The translations under genes and the position numbers were made by a program. Below are positions 31,176 to 44,507 of a stretch of 64,000 nucleotides of DNA, in pieces. The stretch comes from TPA_inf: Saccharomyces (lineage: Eukaryota). The stretch spans positions 960,001 through 1,024,000 of the forward strand of contig BK006941.2 in assembly GCA_000146045.2 (NCBI GenBank), written 5' to 3'. The notes under the pieces are model-generated. The model saw only the letters and a list, made by a program, of their open reading frames with translations, was not told where the DNA came from and did not search any database. The first letter of the stretch is position 1. Each line of letters starts with the position of its first letter.

Positions 31176-33521
31176 CTAGTAGTCCATAGAATAATCACCA
31201 CTAGAAAATTCTTCCTCTTCATTACTACCGTTTGCCATTATAGGAATATGATTTGCTGCAGGATTCTGCGGAGGTATTATATAGGGCACTGGCGGCACCT
31301 GTGGAATAAACCCAAATGATGGGAACATTGGCATCATCCAGTTAGCGTTATTTTGGTTTGCACTTATTAAGTTGTAACTGTTCACGGGCTTTGTGTTGGT
31401 ATTAGGGTACTGCAGTGGTATGAAATAATTTTCCCTCGAGACTTGCTGTTGCGATTGGTTCTGAGTCATCAAGGCATTGATAAATTTCTTATTATACTTT
31501 GTTGGATAAGCCTTATGATAATCATTATGTGGCTGAAAATTTTGGAACTTTGATGAGTTATCAGTTTGGGATTGATCATCATCATCACTTGAAGATAAAT
31601 TACCACGTTTCTGAGCGAAAGAAACAGATAACACTTGATCTTTGCTCACTTGATACCCGTCTGTATTCAAAATTGCCTTAGCAGCATCTAATGGGCTTTC
31701 AAAAGAAACAAAACCATAACCTCTTGATGATCCCACTGGCAGATCATTATCTGATGAGCTATCATTCGATTGTTGACGATACTTGTTCTTACTACCCCCA
31801 ACAGTAATGACCTTAACGCTGATTATTTCACCGAAAGATTTGTAGAAATCATATAAATCTTCATCTGTCCAAGAAAGAGGGATGTGCTTGACATATAGGT
31901 TTGATTCTTGCTGATTACTCATTGGTATAGGTAAGCTGTAAGAAGTTGATGGGTACTGGTACATGTCAAACTTGTTGCCCATGAATCTAGGCACACGTTG
32001 ACCACGACCTTCACTGAAAGATTCCCTTTGAGGATAGAACAGATCCATTTTCTCTGCCACAGGGGTTGATCTTACAGAATCAAAATACCGTACATTGGAG
32101 GTATCGTTGCTGTTCCCGTTTTTATTATTGTTGAAGTAATATCTATCATATGTATAATTATTGTAATCATACATTGGGTTATTTGCAAATTCCAAAACCT
32201 CCATATCATTGTGGTTACTGATGGAAGGGTGCCTGTCATGGCTATTGTGGTTGTTGTAAACTTTATGTTGAACCGCCTTATTAACAACGAGCCTGTTTCC
32301 ATGCCACATGAACCCATTGAAGGTCTCGATGGCTGCTAGTGCTTGTTCATGGTTGATAAGCTTGATGAAACCATAACCCTTCAACATATCTTCATCTTGG
32401 GCATTTCCATTAGTATTATTGGAAGATTTGTTTGATTCTACTGACCCCTCCTCATTGAAACTTACTGAACTACTGCTTCTTGTATTACTTCTCTTCGGAA
32501 AGTAATATGAAATGATATCAAAGTCCGGAAACTTTTTTGATAACTCCTTCTTGATTACTTCTATGACTTCTTTAGGTGTAATCAAAGTCTCTACTTTTTC
32601 AGGATTGTGATAAGGCAAGTTGCCTATAAAGAGACACCTGAAATTATCATCATTGTTGTTTTCTTTGACATGGTCCCAATGGATTCTTTCTCTCTCCTTT
32701 CGCTCAACGTGATAGTTGATAAATAGTGTGGAGCCATTTACCGTCCTTCCATTAAGTTCCTTGATGCAAAGTGAAGCTTGAGAACCCAAGGGGTAGGAGA
32801 TGAACCCGTATCCGTTAGGTTCGCCTTTCGTTTTATCATATATCAATTTCATTGATAAAATTGGTCCATATTTTGAAAATAAGAAACTTAGTTCACCAAT
32901 AGAAAGGCTCTTTGCTATTCCCCCGACAAAAATATTTCCAGGATAGGTTAGTGCATGCTTGTTCACACCGATAGACCATTTATCAATATGCTGACCAATA
33001 GGTTCGCTCTTGAGTAATTCCGAGATATCTGTACATGCATTTTCTAATGACTTGGGGTACTTGAATTGTGCTTGCAAAACGGTATCGTATCTCCAATCAT
33101 CTTCCTCTTCGTTATCTTTGTAAGATTTCTCATACTCTTGACTTCCATGCTCGTAAAGATAGATGTCTTTATTTTGTTCGAGAACCTGTAACCTCCTTGT
33201 ATCCGGAAGAAATTCATATGTTTCTGTATCAGAGTTGTTAACGGAGATACCTTTGTAGTGCTGTATTGTGTCCATTATTTGATCGGTTATTCTAGAGTTG
33301 CAGTGATCATCTTCTTCTTCTTGTAACTGCCATTTTATTCTTATGGTTAATAAATTTGTGTTGGCCAATTGTTCCAGTTGAAGACCAGTGGAAGTTTTCC
33401 TTTCAATTTTTATTGATTGGTCTCCAGCTTCTGCGCTCGCTGATGTCTGCTGGCTGCAGATATCTGTATCCTCGGGGCCACTAGATATTACTTCATCTGA
33501 TGGTTCTTCTGCAATATTCAT
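31176..33521 (-). CDS. RIE1: RRM-containing RNA-binding protein Rie1, 781 aa
   Basis: At least two RRM-like modules with RNP1-type motifs (KGYGFIKL / GYGFISYP / RGYGFVSFESPLDAAKA) and N/Q-rich linkers. 781 aa equals YGR250C. Confidence 0.9.
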   Translation of the reverse strand: MNIAEEPSDEVISSGPEDTDICSQQTSASAEAGDQSIKIERKTSTGLQLEQLANTNLLTIRIKWQLQEEEDDHCNSRITDQIMDTIQHYKGISVNNSDTETYEFLPDTRRLQVLEQNKDIYLYEHGSQEYEKSYKDNEEEDDWRYDTVLQAQFKYPKSLENACTDISELLKSEPIGQHIDKWSIGVNKHALTYPGNIFVGGIAKSLSIGELSFLFSKYGPILSMKLIYDKTKGEPNGYGFISYPLGSQASLCIKELNGRTVNGSTLFINYHVERKERERIHWDHVKENNNDDNFRCLFIGNLPYHNPEKVETLITPKEVIEVIKKELSKKFPDFDIISYYFPKRSNTRSSSSVSFNEEGSVESNKSSNNTNGNAQDEDMLKGYGFIKLINHEQALAAIETFNGFMWHGNRLVVNKAVQHKVYNNHNSHDRHPSISNHNDMEVLEFANNPMYDYNNYTYDRYYFNNNKNGNSNDTSNVRYFDSVRSTPVAEKMDLFYPQRESFSEGRGQRVPRFMGNKFDMYQYPSTSYSLPIPMSNQQESNLYVKHIPLSWTDEDLYDFYKSFGEIISVKVITVGGSKNKYRQQSNDSSSDNDLPVGSSRGYGFVSFESPLDAAKAILNTDGYQVSKDQVLSVSFAQKRGNLSSSDDDDQSQTDNSSKFQNFQPHNDYHKAYPTKYNKKFINALMTQNQSQQQVSRENYFIPLQYPNTNTKPVNSYNLISANQNNANWMMPMFPSFGFIPQVPPVPYIIPPQNPAANHIPIMANGSNEEEEFSSGDYSMDY

Positions 33522-35638
33522 CCTCGAAACTTCTGATGCGGTTTGTCTTTCACGTATAATGTTTTTAGTAAAATAAAACTTATGGTTTATTTTTGGATTT
33601 TTAATCAGGGTGCCTTGTAATTTGGGATGTGTGCTATGCTTTACTTGTTCACACTTTTTTTGAGACCGTTGAACGAACTAAAATTAAGAACACTCTAATC
33701 CTTCGAACAAAAGGCACTTTTCAACTATTATTTACTTATTCAATATTTAAGGGAAGTTTCTTTATTGTGCTTGACATATATATATGTATTTATTTATATA
33801 GCGCAGTGGCCAAGAAAATGTTAACGTGAAATAACGACTAACGGGCAGGCGTTATGCACGGAAAGAGATCTACTAAATTCCGCCCAATAGGGAATCTCCG
33901 ACTGAATTTTTTTGCCCTTTGGTCAACTATTCCCGGGAAGGGCATAAATTGAATCAAGCGCCAATTTTACGTCTTCGGCTAGTAATCGGATCAGCGGGAG
34001 AAACATCGTACGTACACAAGAGAATACCGAGAGTGTCGATTAATCAACCACGCTCCATGAGGCTTATCCGCATTCTACTTGCATGTTAGCCGGGAAAAGA
34101 CATAAATCATCTCAATTCTCTAGAATACTCTAGAGATTATGTAAAAGCGTAGCCCCGTAGATGATTAAATAATTTTCGGTTTCTTACCCCGTAACCACGA
34201 GTTGCGGTGTTTTTGCTTCTATCGGGGCAATAAGCGGGCGCTGCTTCTCGGGAATGTAAAAACTGTGCTTCCTACCATGAAGTAGTTGGATCTTGAAATG
34301 GGTTGGGCCGGAACAATATGCAAGTACTACAATCCTTGTATTCCCATATGATTATATTCCCCTTTGCATAGGCTAGTGTTTTTTTTTTCGTTCTTTTGTT
34401 TCTTCCGCTAGGAATAGTAGTGGCGATCTGCAGAAAGACGCTCTAAGGAAAAAGAGAGAATTTCGATCAGTCCCGTACACATTACTCTTGGGAAGTTCAA
34501 TTCCTTCGGACGTAATCCACATACGAACTTGGCTCTCATCTGTTGTCTTCAAGCTGTTGCGGCCCTCCTCTTTCTCTCTGTTGTACACATTTTTTGACTT
34601 TCAAAAATATGCCGCTAAGGAAACATAACCCTTGTGTATGTGAGCTTGTAGCATATGATATAGTGCTCATTGGCATGTGACAAGAATTGCGTATGTAATT
34701 GAAGTTTGTAGTGTAATTTACGAAAATAGCCGCCCTTCTTCTTCATTAACGATTATTGAGCGTAATGATATAAGATACAACGGTTTATTTAGGGCTGCAT
34801 CCATGAAAATACTTTGTAATAGTGAGTCGTCGCCTTGTTTGTTTATTCAATACAATGCAGTGTCTCTATAGTCTCCTCCTTTAGTTTCACTATCTTTTCT
34901 AACCGCCGAAGATATACGAGTGTTCTGAACGAAAAACGACCTTTTCAAACATAGAATATAATTGTATATATACATATACATATATGATACGCAGCCACAT
35001 TCGTAGTATCTTTAAGACACTGCCTTTCAAAAAAGCTTTGGTATTTTGAAAGAAGATCGAAGCCAAGGAACCAGGACTACAATGAATTAGACGCTACAAA
35101 GTTTCTTAATTGGAAAACAAGGAGGGACAAGGAGGAGACTTTTACAGTAAACCAGAATGCTCCTTCACTGTTCAGTTATGTAATGTTATTGTTTGGAAGA
35201 TCTGAAGAGAGGCATTTCCTACAACCTCTTGAATAAAATAGTGGAAGGCATTTACACAAAGAAGCCGTGCCACTTTGGTCCGGATTTTTTTTACCTAAAA
35301 TCGTCTTAAATTGGCCTGTTCGATAGCTGTCATTTGTTTTAGATATTTATTTCCTAACGTCAGCTTTAGTTACAGTATGTATGTATCAACCTTTTAGTAA
35401 GACAATAATGATTGCATGTTTGATCCTGCTTTAAAGGCATTGGAAGTAACCGTAGTGGCCGCTGTTTCTTCTTGACGGCCTGTAATTGACCTGCGACGCG
35501 GGCAATTTCTAGCGATGAGATTGGAAAAACTAACGCATAAAAAAGATTTCAAGATTTATAAGATGTTGAAACAAATCCTCTTCTCACATCTACAGTTGAT
35601 ACAGTATACCGTATTATCTTTCCTCGGTAGTGTTCAGA

Positions 35639-36229
35639 ATGAGTAGGGCCAAAGAATTACAAGAGAAGCTCAACTTGCAAGCGAAACTCCAGTCTACTTT
35701 CAGTAACAATACTGCTGCAGTTTTGGACTGGCTGAAAGAATCAGATGAAACCGGCATTAGCAATGATACAGAGCGTAACAAACAGTTAAAAGATCACAAG
35801 GAGTTGGAGGATGGTAAGAAGGCATTTTTCAAGCTTCCCGTTTTGCAGATTGGATCGGGCCTACACTTCCGCACACAAGATGACGCTTCCGCCAAAGAAG
35901 ATATACATACGATTGGTGAGTTTATTGAGGGTGATAAAAAGGTAAGTTCGTTGGCAAAGAAAAAGAAAAGAAGTGACCCAGGGTTGCAACGAAATAATAT
36001 GTACAGGATCACTAAAGATGATACGAAAGCCATGATTGCGCTTAAAAGAAAAATGAGGAAAGGCGAGAAGGAAGGACTAAGGAAGAAACAAGAGCATAGC
36101 AAAAGCAGCGTTTCGAACTCATATAGTGCCAGTGATGAAGAGGATGAAGATGCAGGGACAATGCCGCAAAAGTCCACAAAAAAAAAATTTGGTTTACTTT
36201 TTGATAAAAAAAAGAAGGCACGTAAATAA
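35639..36229 (+). CDS. NOP19: Small basic nucleolar protein Nop19, 196 aa from MSRAKELQ…; the ORF opens 3 codons earlier at 35630
   Basis: Lys/Arg/Glu-rich protein with a K-rich C-terminus. Length and sequence match recollection of YGR251W. Confidence 0.85.
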
Positions 36230-36868
36230 TCTTAAACACTTATGGGCAGCAAAAAATGCGTCTTTCTTCCCTCGTCTGTTGTTTTATGTAGGGCGTAATG
36301 ATGTTTGCTTGTCAACAAATGAATACGTACAGAAGAGAATTCTAGCCAAGGCAATTATTGCATACTGCAAGTACTGAGTACGTTAACGTTGCTAGAATAA
36401 CATTAAATGAGATGTAGCAATGCAGATCCTTCCTCAGTAGGCTTAATGCTCCACTAGAATTTTTGACCAGCCACTATTTGCTTTTTTCGCAATCCTTTTC
36501 AATACTCGAGAGCAAAGACAAAAAAAATAAGACATGTAGTGCGCTGTATGGAAAAGAATTAATTAGAACTTTACAAACGCGTGTTAAACAGGCATATTTA
36601 AGTGTTTGGACCTAAACAATATATCGACTATTGAAATTCTTACGCAAGATTTTTTATAGTTGGATATTCATATATTCTTACAACTCTCTCTACTTTCAGT
36701 TTTTTGAAGCTATATGTATCATTATATACGTTTATGGATTTTTCAAACCTAAACAATTATACTGCGTAAATGTTTGATTAAGCAATAAATAAAAACAAAG
36801 GATTGGTAAGGGAAGACCGTGAGCCGCCCAAAAGTCTTCAGTTAACTCAGGTTCGTATTCTACATTAG

Positions 36869-38188
<1,320 letters not shown>

Positions 38189-38357
38189 TGCGTAGAAGAA
38201 GCTTTTCCGCTACTATTCCTTTCGAAGAAGAAATAAATGTTTAGTACGGCGAGACGATGTGATCAATTGAGGTTATTTTACTACTTTTCCTTTCATTTTT
38301 GTAAGGTTTTCTTTCTTTGTTAGTGTGACGTTGGTATTTACCTTTATGTAACTATAT

Positions 38358-39140
38358 TTATGACATTTCAACATCCGCTTCTTCTGGACTTTCTGCAGCT
38401 TCTTTCTCTTTCAACTCTTTTATCAATTCAGCAGTTTTTTCGTTATCATATATTTTGAATCCGTCTTGCTTTGTTATACAACTCAATTGCGCGTTATTTT
38501 CATCAAGTTTCTCTTCCATCACTTGCTTTAGGATTTTTAGAACAAGAAGCTCAGCTTCTTTCAAAGTTAAAGAAGAATGCCATTCATTCAATAATTCTGC
38601 TTGTGCTCCTTCAGAGCCTGAACCAATGGCTTTGGCATTATAACGGTAAAATGTCCCAGATGGTTCTGCATGGAAAAGTTGATAACCATCATCCGCATCA
38701 TGGCCAGCAATTAACAAGGCAACCCCGAATGGTCGAGACATTAGTCTTTCTTCACCAGAGGCACCTTCACCGAACCTTAGAGCAAGATCACACACCGATT
38801 GCGTTAAGGACTCAACATTGATGTCTTCATCGTAGTATAGATTATGCGTTACTGCAGCAGTACGCGCATGTTCAATCATGGAACGAGCATCTGCTGTAAG
38901 CCCACTCATTGCACAACCAATATGACGATCAATCTCCACGATTTTCTCAATAGAATCAGATTCTAATAGTGGTGAGGTGGCACGTTTCTCCACACCTAGT
39001 ACAACACCTTCTTTCGTGGCAATACCAATTGCTGTAGATCCTAATTTGATGGCCTCCAAAGAATACTCAACTTGGAATAACCTCCCTTCTGGGGAAAATG
39101 TGCTTACACCACGATCATATTCACTTCTAGTTAAGAACAT
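38358..39140 (-). CDS. PUP2: 20S proteasome alpha-5 subunit, 260 aa
   Basis: Alpha-type N-terminal signature [23 protein letters not shown]. 260 aa. Confidence 0.95.
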
Positions 39141-40443
39141 CCTTTCTAGTTATATTAGACAATTGGAATTTATGTTCTTATTGACTTGTATTCTATAGTT
39201 ATAGCGCTCTCTTGTCCAATTTCCTAGGTTACTCTTTTGCCACCGGTCTTGGTTTATGATAACCCTGTATAATGAAATTTCAAAAATATTTTCGTGAATA
39301 GTGATTTATTTAATTTAAGCACTAAATTATCCTTACGGACTTGGGCTACATTCATGTTTGCACGCTTAATAAAAAATCGGCGTACTTTCATCTATGCTTG
39401 GCTTATAATATGTTTGATAGTCAATTCATTTCAGTAAAAAGTCTTCAGCAGTAGTTGCAAAAGTGTCCTTTTTTACTTTTTGGGCTACATTATTCTTGAA
39501 AAAAGTTCATGTTTTGTTATTTCTTTCTCACATACTTTATAAAAAAAGATAATTTTTTTAAAAAAAAAAAAAAATACAAGTGGAACATTATCAAATAAAA
39601 AGCATTATAGCGCCACATGCGATGAACCTGAGCTTTTATCTTCATTAATATATAGTAATTACAACATGTTATTGAAATGCACAGCACTTATCCAGAGTTA
39701 TTTGATATAAAGATTATGACTCAAATTCTTCTCGACAAACAAGAAACTTTCTCACCTACAAATGTCTTCAACAATTCTAATAATTGACACATAAGTATAT
39801 TGTATATATAACATGGATATAAATGGCCCTATATTGAAAGCTATGTCAAAATAGGAATCCTTCCTTCCTCAGCGCTTTTTATCAAGGGCCAATTGATCTG
39901 ATACACCTAGTAGTGTACTATAAGTGTAGAAAGCATACTATACTATTCGACACTTCCTTTCAATCCTGGAATTAACAGTCACTTTTAAAAAAGACATCTA
40001 CCGTGAAGGTGCCGTAGAGTATCGCGTTACCATATCGCCAAAAACTGATATACGCCGCGGAAACCAGGCAAACAATTGAAAAGAAAAATTTTGAGGAACT
40101 CTCTGCATCGAAGCCGTCTAGAGTTACCACTAGTCAGATGCCGCGGGCACTTGAGCACCTCATGCACAGCAATAACACAACACAATGGTTAGTAGCAACC
40201 TGAATTCGGTCATTGATGCATGCATGTGCCGTGAAGCGGGACAACCAGAAAAGTCGTCTATAAATGCCGGCACGTGCGATCATCGTGGCGGGGTTTTAAG
40301 AGTGCATATCACAAATTGTCGCATTACCGCGGAACCGCCAGATATTCATTACTTGACGCAAAAGCGTTTGAAATAATGACGAAAAAGAAGGAAGAAAAAA
40401 AAAGAAAAATACCGCTTCTAGGCGGGTTATCTACTGATCCGAG

Positions 40444-40470
40444 CTTCCACTAGGATAGCACCCAAACACC
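40444..40470. promoter_or_regulatory. ENO1 UAS-like module: Gcr1 core CTTCC (40444-40448) next to a Rap1-like site GCACCCAAACACC (40458-40470), about 460-480 bp upstream of the ENO1 ATG
   Basis: Motifs seen directly (Rap1 consensus ACACCCRYACAYM matched at 11 of 13 positions). Paired Rap1/Gcr1 sites are the established architecture of glycolytic UAS elements, including enolase promoters. Confidence 0.5.
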
Positions 40471-40779
40471 TGCATATTTGGACGACCTTTACTTACACCA
40501 CCAAAAACCACTTTCGCCTCTCCCGCCCCTGATAACGTCCACTAATTGAGCGATTACCTGAGCGGTCCTCTTTTGTTTGCAGCATGAGACTTGCATACTG
40601 CAAATCGTAAGTAGCAACGTCTCAAGGTCAAAACTGTATGGAAACCTTGTCACCTCACTTAATTCTAGCTAGCCTACCCTGCAAGTCAAGAGGTCTCCGT
40701 GATTCCTAGCCACCTCAAGGTATGCCTCTCCCCGGAAACTGTGGCCTTTTCTGGCACACATGATCTCCACGATTTCAAC

Positions 40780-40787
40780 ATATAAAT
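40780..40787 (+). promoter_or_regulatory. TATA box TATAAATA about 140 bp upstream of the ENO1 ATG
   Basis: Exact consensus TATA element at a typical yeast distance from a highly expressed gene. Confidence 0.6.
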
Positions 40788-40926
40788 AGCTTTTGATAAT
40801 GGCAATATTAATCAAATTTATTTTACTTCTTTCTTGTAACATCTCTCTTGTAATCCCTTATTCCTTCTAGCTATTTTTCATAAAAAACCAAGCAACTGCT
40901 TATCAACACACAAACACTAAATCAAA

Positions 40927-42240
40927 ATGGCTGTCTCTAAAGTTTACGCTAGATCCGTCTACGACTCCCGTGGTAACCCAACCGTCGAAGTCGAATTAAC
41001 CACCGAAAAGGGTGTTTTCAGATCCATTGTCCCATCTGGTGCTTCTACCGGTGTCCACGAAGCTTTGGAAATGAGAGATGGTGACAAATCCAAGTGGATG
41101 GGTAAGGGTGTTTTGCACGCTGTTAAGAACGTCAACGATGTCATTGCTCCAGCTTTCGTTAAGGCTAACATTGATGTTAAGGACCAAAAGGCCGTCGATG
41201 ACTTCTTGATTTCTTTGGACGGTACTGCCAACAAATCCAAGTTGGGTGCTAACGCTATCTTGGGTGTTTCTTTGGCTGCTTCCAGAGCTGCCGCTGCTGA
41301 AAAGAATGTCCCATTATACAAGCACTTGGCTGACTTGTCTAAGTCCAAGACCTCTCCATACGTTTTGCCAGTTCCATTCTTGAACGTTTTGAACGGTGGT
41401 TCCCACGCTGGTGGTGCTTTGGCTTTGCAAGAATTTATGATTGCTCCAACTGGTGCTAAGACCTTCGCTGAAGCTTTGAGAATTGGTTCCGAAGTTTACC
41501 ACAACTTGAAGTCTTTGACCAAGAAGAGATACGGTGCTTCTGCCGGTAACGTCGGTGACGAAGGTGGTGTTGCTCCAAACATTCAAACTGCTGAAGAAGC
41601 TTTGGACTTGATTGTTGACGCTATCAAGGCTGCTGGTCACGACGGTAAGATCAAGATCGGTTTGGACTGTGCTTCCTCTGAATTCTTCAAGGACGGTAAG
41701 TACGACTTGGACTTCAAGAATCCAAACTCTGACAAATCCAAGTGGTTGACTGGTCCTCAATTGGCTGACTTGTACCACTCCTTGATGAAGAGATACCCAA
41801 TTGTCTCCATCGAAGATCCATTTGCTGAAGATGACTGGGAAGCTTGGTCTCACTTCTTCAAGACCGCTGGTATTCAAATTGTTGCTGATGACTTGACTGT
41901 CACCAACCCAAAGAGAATTGCTACCGCTATCGAAAAGAAGGCTGCCGACGCTTTGTTGTTGAAGGTCAACCAAATCGGTACCTTGTCTGAATCCATCAAG
42001 GCTGCTCAAGACTCTTTCGCTGCCGGTTGGGGTGTTATGGTTTCCCACAGATCTGGTGAAACTGAAGACACTTTCATTGCTGACTTGGTCGTCGGTTTGA
42101 GAACTGGTCAAATCAAGACTGGTGCTCCAGCTAGATCCGAAAGATTGGCTAAATTGAACCAATTGTTGAGAATCGAAGAAGAATTAGGTGACAACGCTGT
42201 TTTCGCTGGTGAAAACTTCCACCACGGTGACAAATTATAA
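40927..42240 (+). CDS. ENO1: Enolase (2-phosphoglycerate dehydratase), 437 aa
   Basis: Enolase signature [14 protein letters not shown], strong glycolytic codon bias, 437 aa. The position on this chromosome arm identifies it as ENO1 rather than ENO2. Confidence 0.97.
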   Translation: MAVSKVYARSVYDSRGNPTVEVELTTEKGVFRSIVPSGASTGVHEALEMRDGDKSKWMGKGVLHAVKNVNDVIAPAFVKANIDVKDQKAVDDFLISLDGTANKSKLGANAILGVSLAASRAAAAEKNVPLYKHLADLSKSKTSPYVLPVPFLNVLNGGSHAGGALALQEFMIAPTGAKTFAEALRIGSEVYHNLKSLTKKRYGASAGNVGDEGGVAPNIQTAEEALDLIVDAIKAAGHDGKIKIGLDCASSEFFKDGKYDLDFKNPNSDKSKWLTGPQLADLYHSLMKRYPIVSIEDPFAEDDWEAWSHFFKTAGIQIVADDLTVTNPKRIATAIEKKAADALLLKVNQIGTLSESIKAAQDSFAAGWGVMVSHRSGETEDTFIADLVVGLRTGQIKTGAPARSERLAKLNQLLRIEEELGDNAVFAGENFHHGDKL

Positions 42241-42522
42241 AGCTTTTGATTAAGCCTTCTAGTCCAAAAAACACGTTTTTTTGTCATTTATTTCATTTTC
42301 TTAGAATAGTTTAGTTTATTCATTTTATAGTCACGAATGTTTTATGATTCTATATAGGGTTGCAAACAAGCATTTTTCATTTTATGTTAAAACAATTTCA
42401 GGTTTACCTTTTATTCTGCTTGTGGTGACGCGTGTATCCGCCCGCTCTTTTGGTCACCCATGTATTTAATTGCATAAATAATTCTTAAAAGTGGAGCTAG
42501 TCTATTTCTATTTACATACCTC

Positions 42523-43962
42523 TCATTTCTCATTTCCTCCTAATGTGTCAATGATCATATTCTTAACTGGACCGATCTTATTCGTCAGATTCAAACCAAA
42601 AGTTCTTAGGGCTACCACAGGAGGAAAATTAGTGTGATATAATTTAAATAATTTATCCGCCATTCCTAATAGAACGTTGTTCGACGGATATCTTTCTGCC
42701 CAAAAGGGTTCTAAGCTCAATGAAGAGCCAATGTCTAAACCTCTTTCCATTGCCTTTTCTAAAGCGTATACTAAACCATGAACGTCTGTTTGCCCCATGT
42801 TTAACCCCTGTCCAGCGAGAGGATGTGTCGTATGTGCTGCGTCCCCAACAAGGGCAACTCTATCAGTGCAATAACGATCTGCATGTGTTAATTTTAAGGG
42901 AAAACGTGCTCTTGTCTTATCTATTATACTAACAACTCTTGGTGGGTAAATTTCATCAATATCCGACTCGTCCTTCAACGTGGCGTATATTTCCTCAGTT
43001 CTGAATTTAATATCTTCTATCAATTTATCGGTGTCCATAGAGCCATCTTCCAATGTACGGTAATAGTAGTTCATGTCTGCGTCTTCCAAGACAAAAGCAG
43101 CATTGATAAGTGCAGTGAATGATTCTGGAGGTAATGACAACAAAAGCCTCGATAAACGTTCAGATGAACTCCAGACTAAAGTAGCATTATTTTCAGGCAT
43201 GGGTAAGTGTGCAATTGGACCAGTGGGTAAGAACCTCTGCCAGCCCCTTAGTTTAAAGGGAGGATACTCTAACTTCATGCTGGCCACAACACCATAGGCA
43301 TTATACATCCAGCCCCTAGATGGGATCTGGGAAAATCTTCTGGTAGGAGAATTGAACCCGTCTGCACCCACTAGCAATCTCGTCTTGTATACTTCACCAT
43401 TGGAAAGAGTGACTAAAGGCCAGGACAATGGATCATTAGGGTCGCTGTGTTTAATATTGACAACTTTTGTATTATCAATAATATCAATGGAGTCCTTCTT
43501 TGAATCGTACTGAGAAATTCTGTTGTATAAGGAGGCCTGTATATTTATAATTTCAATCATACAAAGCATGGAGTCCCTTGCCAGATCCAAAGTAGCCTTA
43601 GAACAACCGTCCGTGACATAGAGTCCGTCATAACTTTGAATCCTGTCATGCATCAAAGTTGCCCCAGCGTTATTCTCAAGAAAATGAATAGATCTAGGCG
43701 TAACACTGACAATCCTGTTCGTAAAATAATCTGGGGGTGAATTATAAAAGTCCGATAATTTATCTTTTAAGTCCACCATATCGACTAAAGTTGTCTTTAG
43801 ATCTTTTAATTGCGGAGAATTCTTAATCGATGCAGCTAAAGTCAAACCTGCAGGACCCCCACCTACGATTAATACATCTGTTAACTTTGGAGCTGAAGAT
43901 TTGGCTGTTGCCAAACCCCTCACCAAAATACGCCGAGTAAGCATAACTTTTGAAAAGAACAT
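42523..43962 (-). CDS. COQ6: FAD-dependent ubiquinone-biosynthesis monooxygenase Coq6, 479 aa
   Basis: Rossmann FAD motif (VLIVGGGPAGLTLAA) and the UbiH/Coq6 family motif (GDAAHTTHPLAGQGLNMG). 479 aa. Confidence 0.94.
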   Translation of the reverse strand: MFFSKVMLTRRILVRGLATAKSSAPKLTDVLIVGGGPAGLTLAASIKNSPQLKDLKTTLVDMVDLKDKLSDFYNSPPDYFTNRIVSVTPRSIHFLENNAGATLMHDRIQSYDGLYVTDGCSKATLDLARDSMLCMIEIINIQASLYNRISQYDSKKDSIDIIDNTKVVNIKHSDPNDPLSWPLVTLSNGEVYKTRLLVGADGFNSPTRRFSQIPSRGWMYNAYGVVASMKLEYPPFKLRGWQRFLPTGPIAHLPMPENNATLVWSSSERLSRLLLSLPPESFTALINAAFVLEDADMNYYYRTLEDGSMDTDKLIEDIKFRTEEIYATLKDESDIDEIYPPRVVSIIDKTRARFPLKLTHADRYCTDRVALVGDAAHTTHPLAGQGLNMGQTDVHGLVYALEKAMERGLDIGSSLSLEPFWAERYPSNNVLLGMADKLFKLYHTNFPPVVALRTFGLNLTNKIGPVKNMIIDTLGGNEK

Positions 43963-44215
43963 GCCTCTGTGTCAATCGATACAAGGTTCACTGAAAGACC
44001 AATTTGAGTTACTGAATGAAGAAAATTATCGCCACAATTATATTTATTCCTTTTTAATGTCGTATCACAATTCCAGAAGGGATATTTCTCAGAAACAGTT
44101 TAAGATCTGCGTGTTCCTTCTGCAAGAAGAAGGGAAAAAAAGAAAGGAGAAACAATAGCAGCATAAATCTTGTTCGATAAAACAACATCACTTTTTCTTG
44201 AAACTTCAAGGGTTT

Positions 44216-44287
44216 GCCTCCTTAGCTTAGTGGTAGAGCGTTGCACTTGTAATGCAAAGGTCGTTAGTTCAATTCTGACAGGTGGCA
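44216..44287 (+). tRNA. tT(UGU): tRNA-Thr, anticodon UGU (72 nt, no intron)
   Basis: Cloverleaf folded by hand: acceptor GCCTCCT/AGGTGGC (one U-U mismatch at 4:69), D arm GCTT-AGTGGTA-GAGC, anticodon stem TTGCA/TGCAA with loop CTTGTAA (anticodon TGT), T arm GTTAG-TTCAATT-CTGAC, discriminator A. Internal A/B-box-like blocks. T5 terminator 7 nt downstream. Confidence 0.9.
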
Positions 44288-44293
44288 GTTTCC

Positions 44294-44298
44294 TTTTT
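44294..44298 (+). terminator. RNA polymerase III terminator (T5) for the tRNA-Thr gene
   Basis: Run of 5 T immediately 3' of the tRNA (…GGTGGCA gtttcc TTTTT a…). Confidence 0.8.
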
Positions 44299-44507
44299 AT
44301 TTGTCAGTATTAATAATTGAGGCGCCCCTAATTTTTTTGGCACCGCTCTCGATGAAAAAGTAGAGACGTCAGAAATTGAACGTTTCCTCTAGGAGTTTAT
44401 TAACTAATAACCCCGAAAAATGGCTCTTTAACCACGAGTGCCCACGGAGGTTATCTTCACCCCTATTTTCATTTTAAATTTTAGATCACTGCTAGGAGTT
44501 AGCTCAA

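Noticed and set aside
41314-42162. 282-aa ORF antisense to ENO1 (and similar long antisense ORFs: 3671..4186 in YGR237C, 18250..18828 in LSC2, 19904..20476 in SDA1, 22522..22986 in BRF1, 12412..12801 in PFK1)
   Set aside because: Strong codon bias of highly expressed genes depletes stop codons in the opposite frame. The translations are low-complexity (S/V/L-rich) with no domain resemblance. They are mirror-frame artefacts, not genes.
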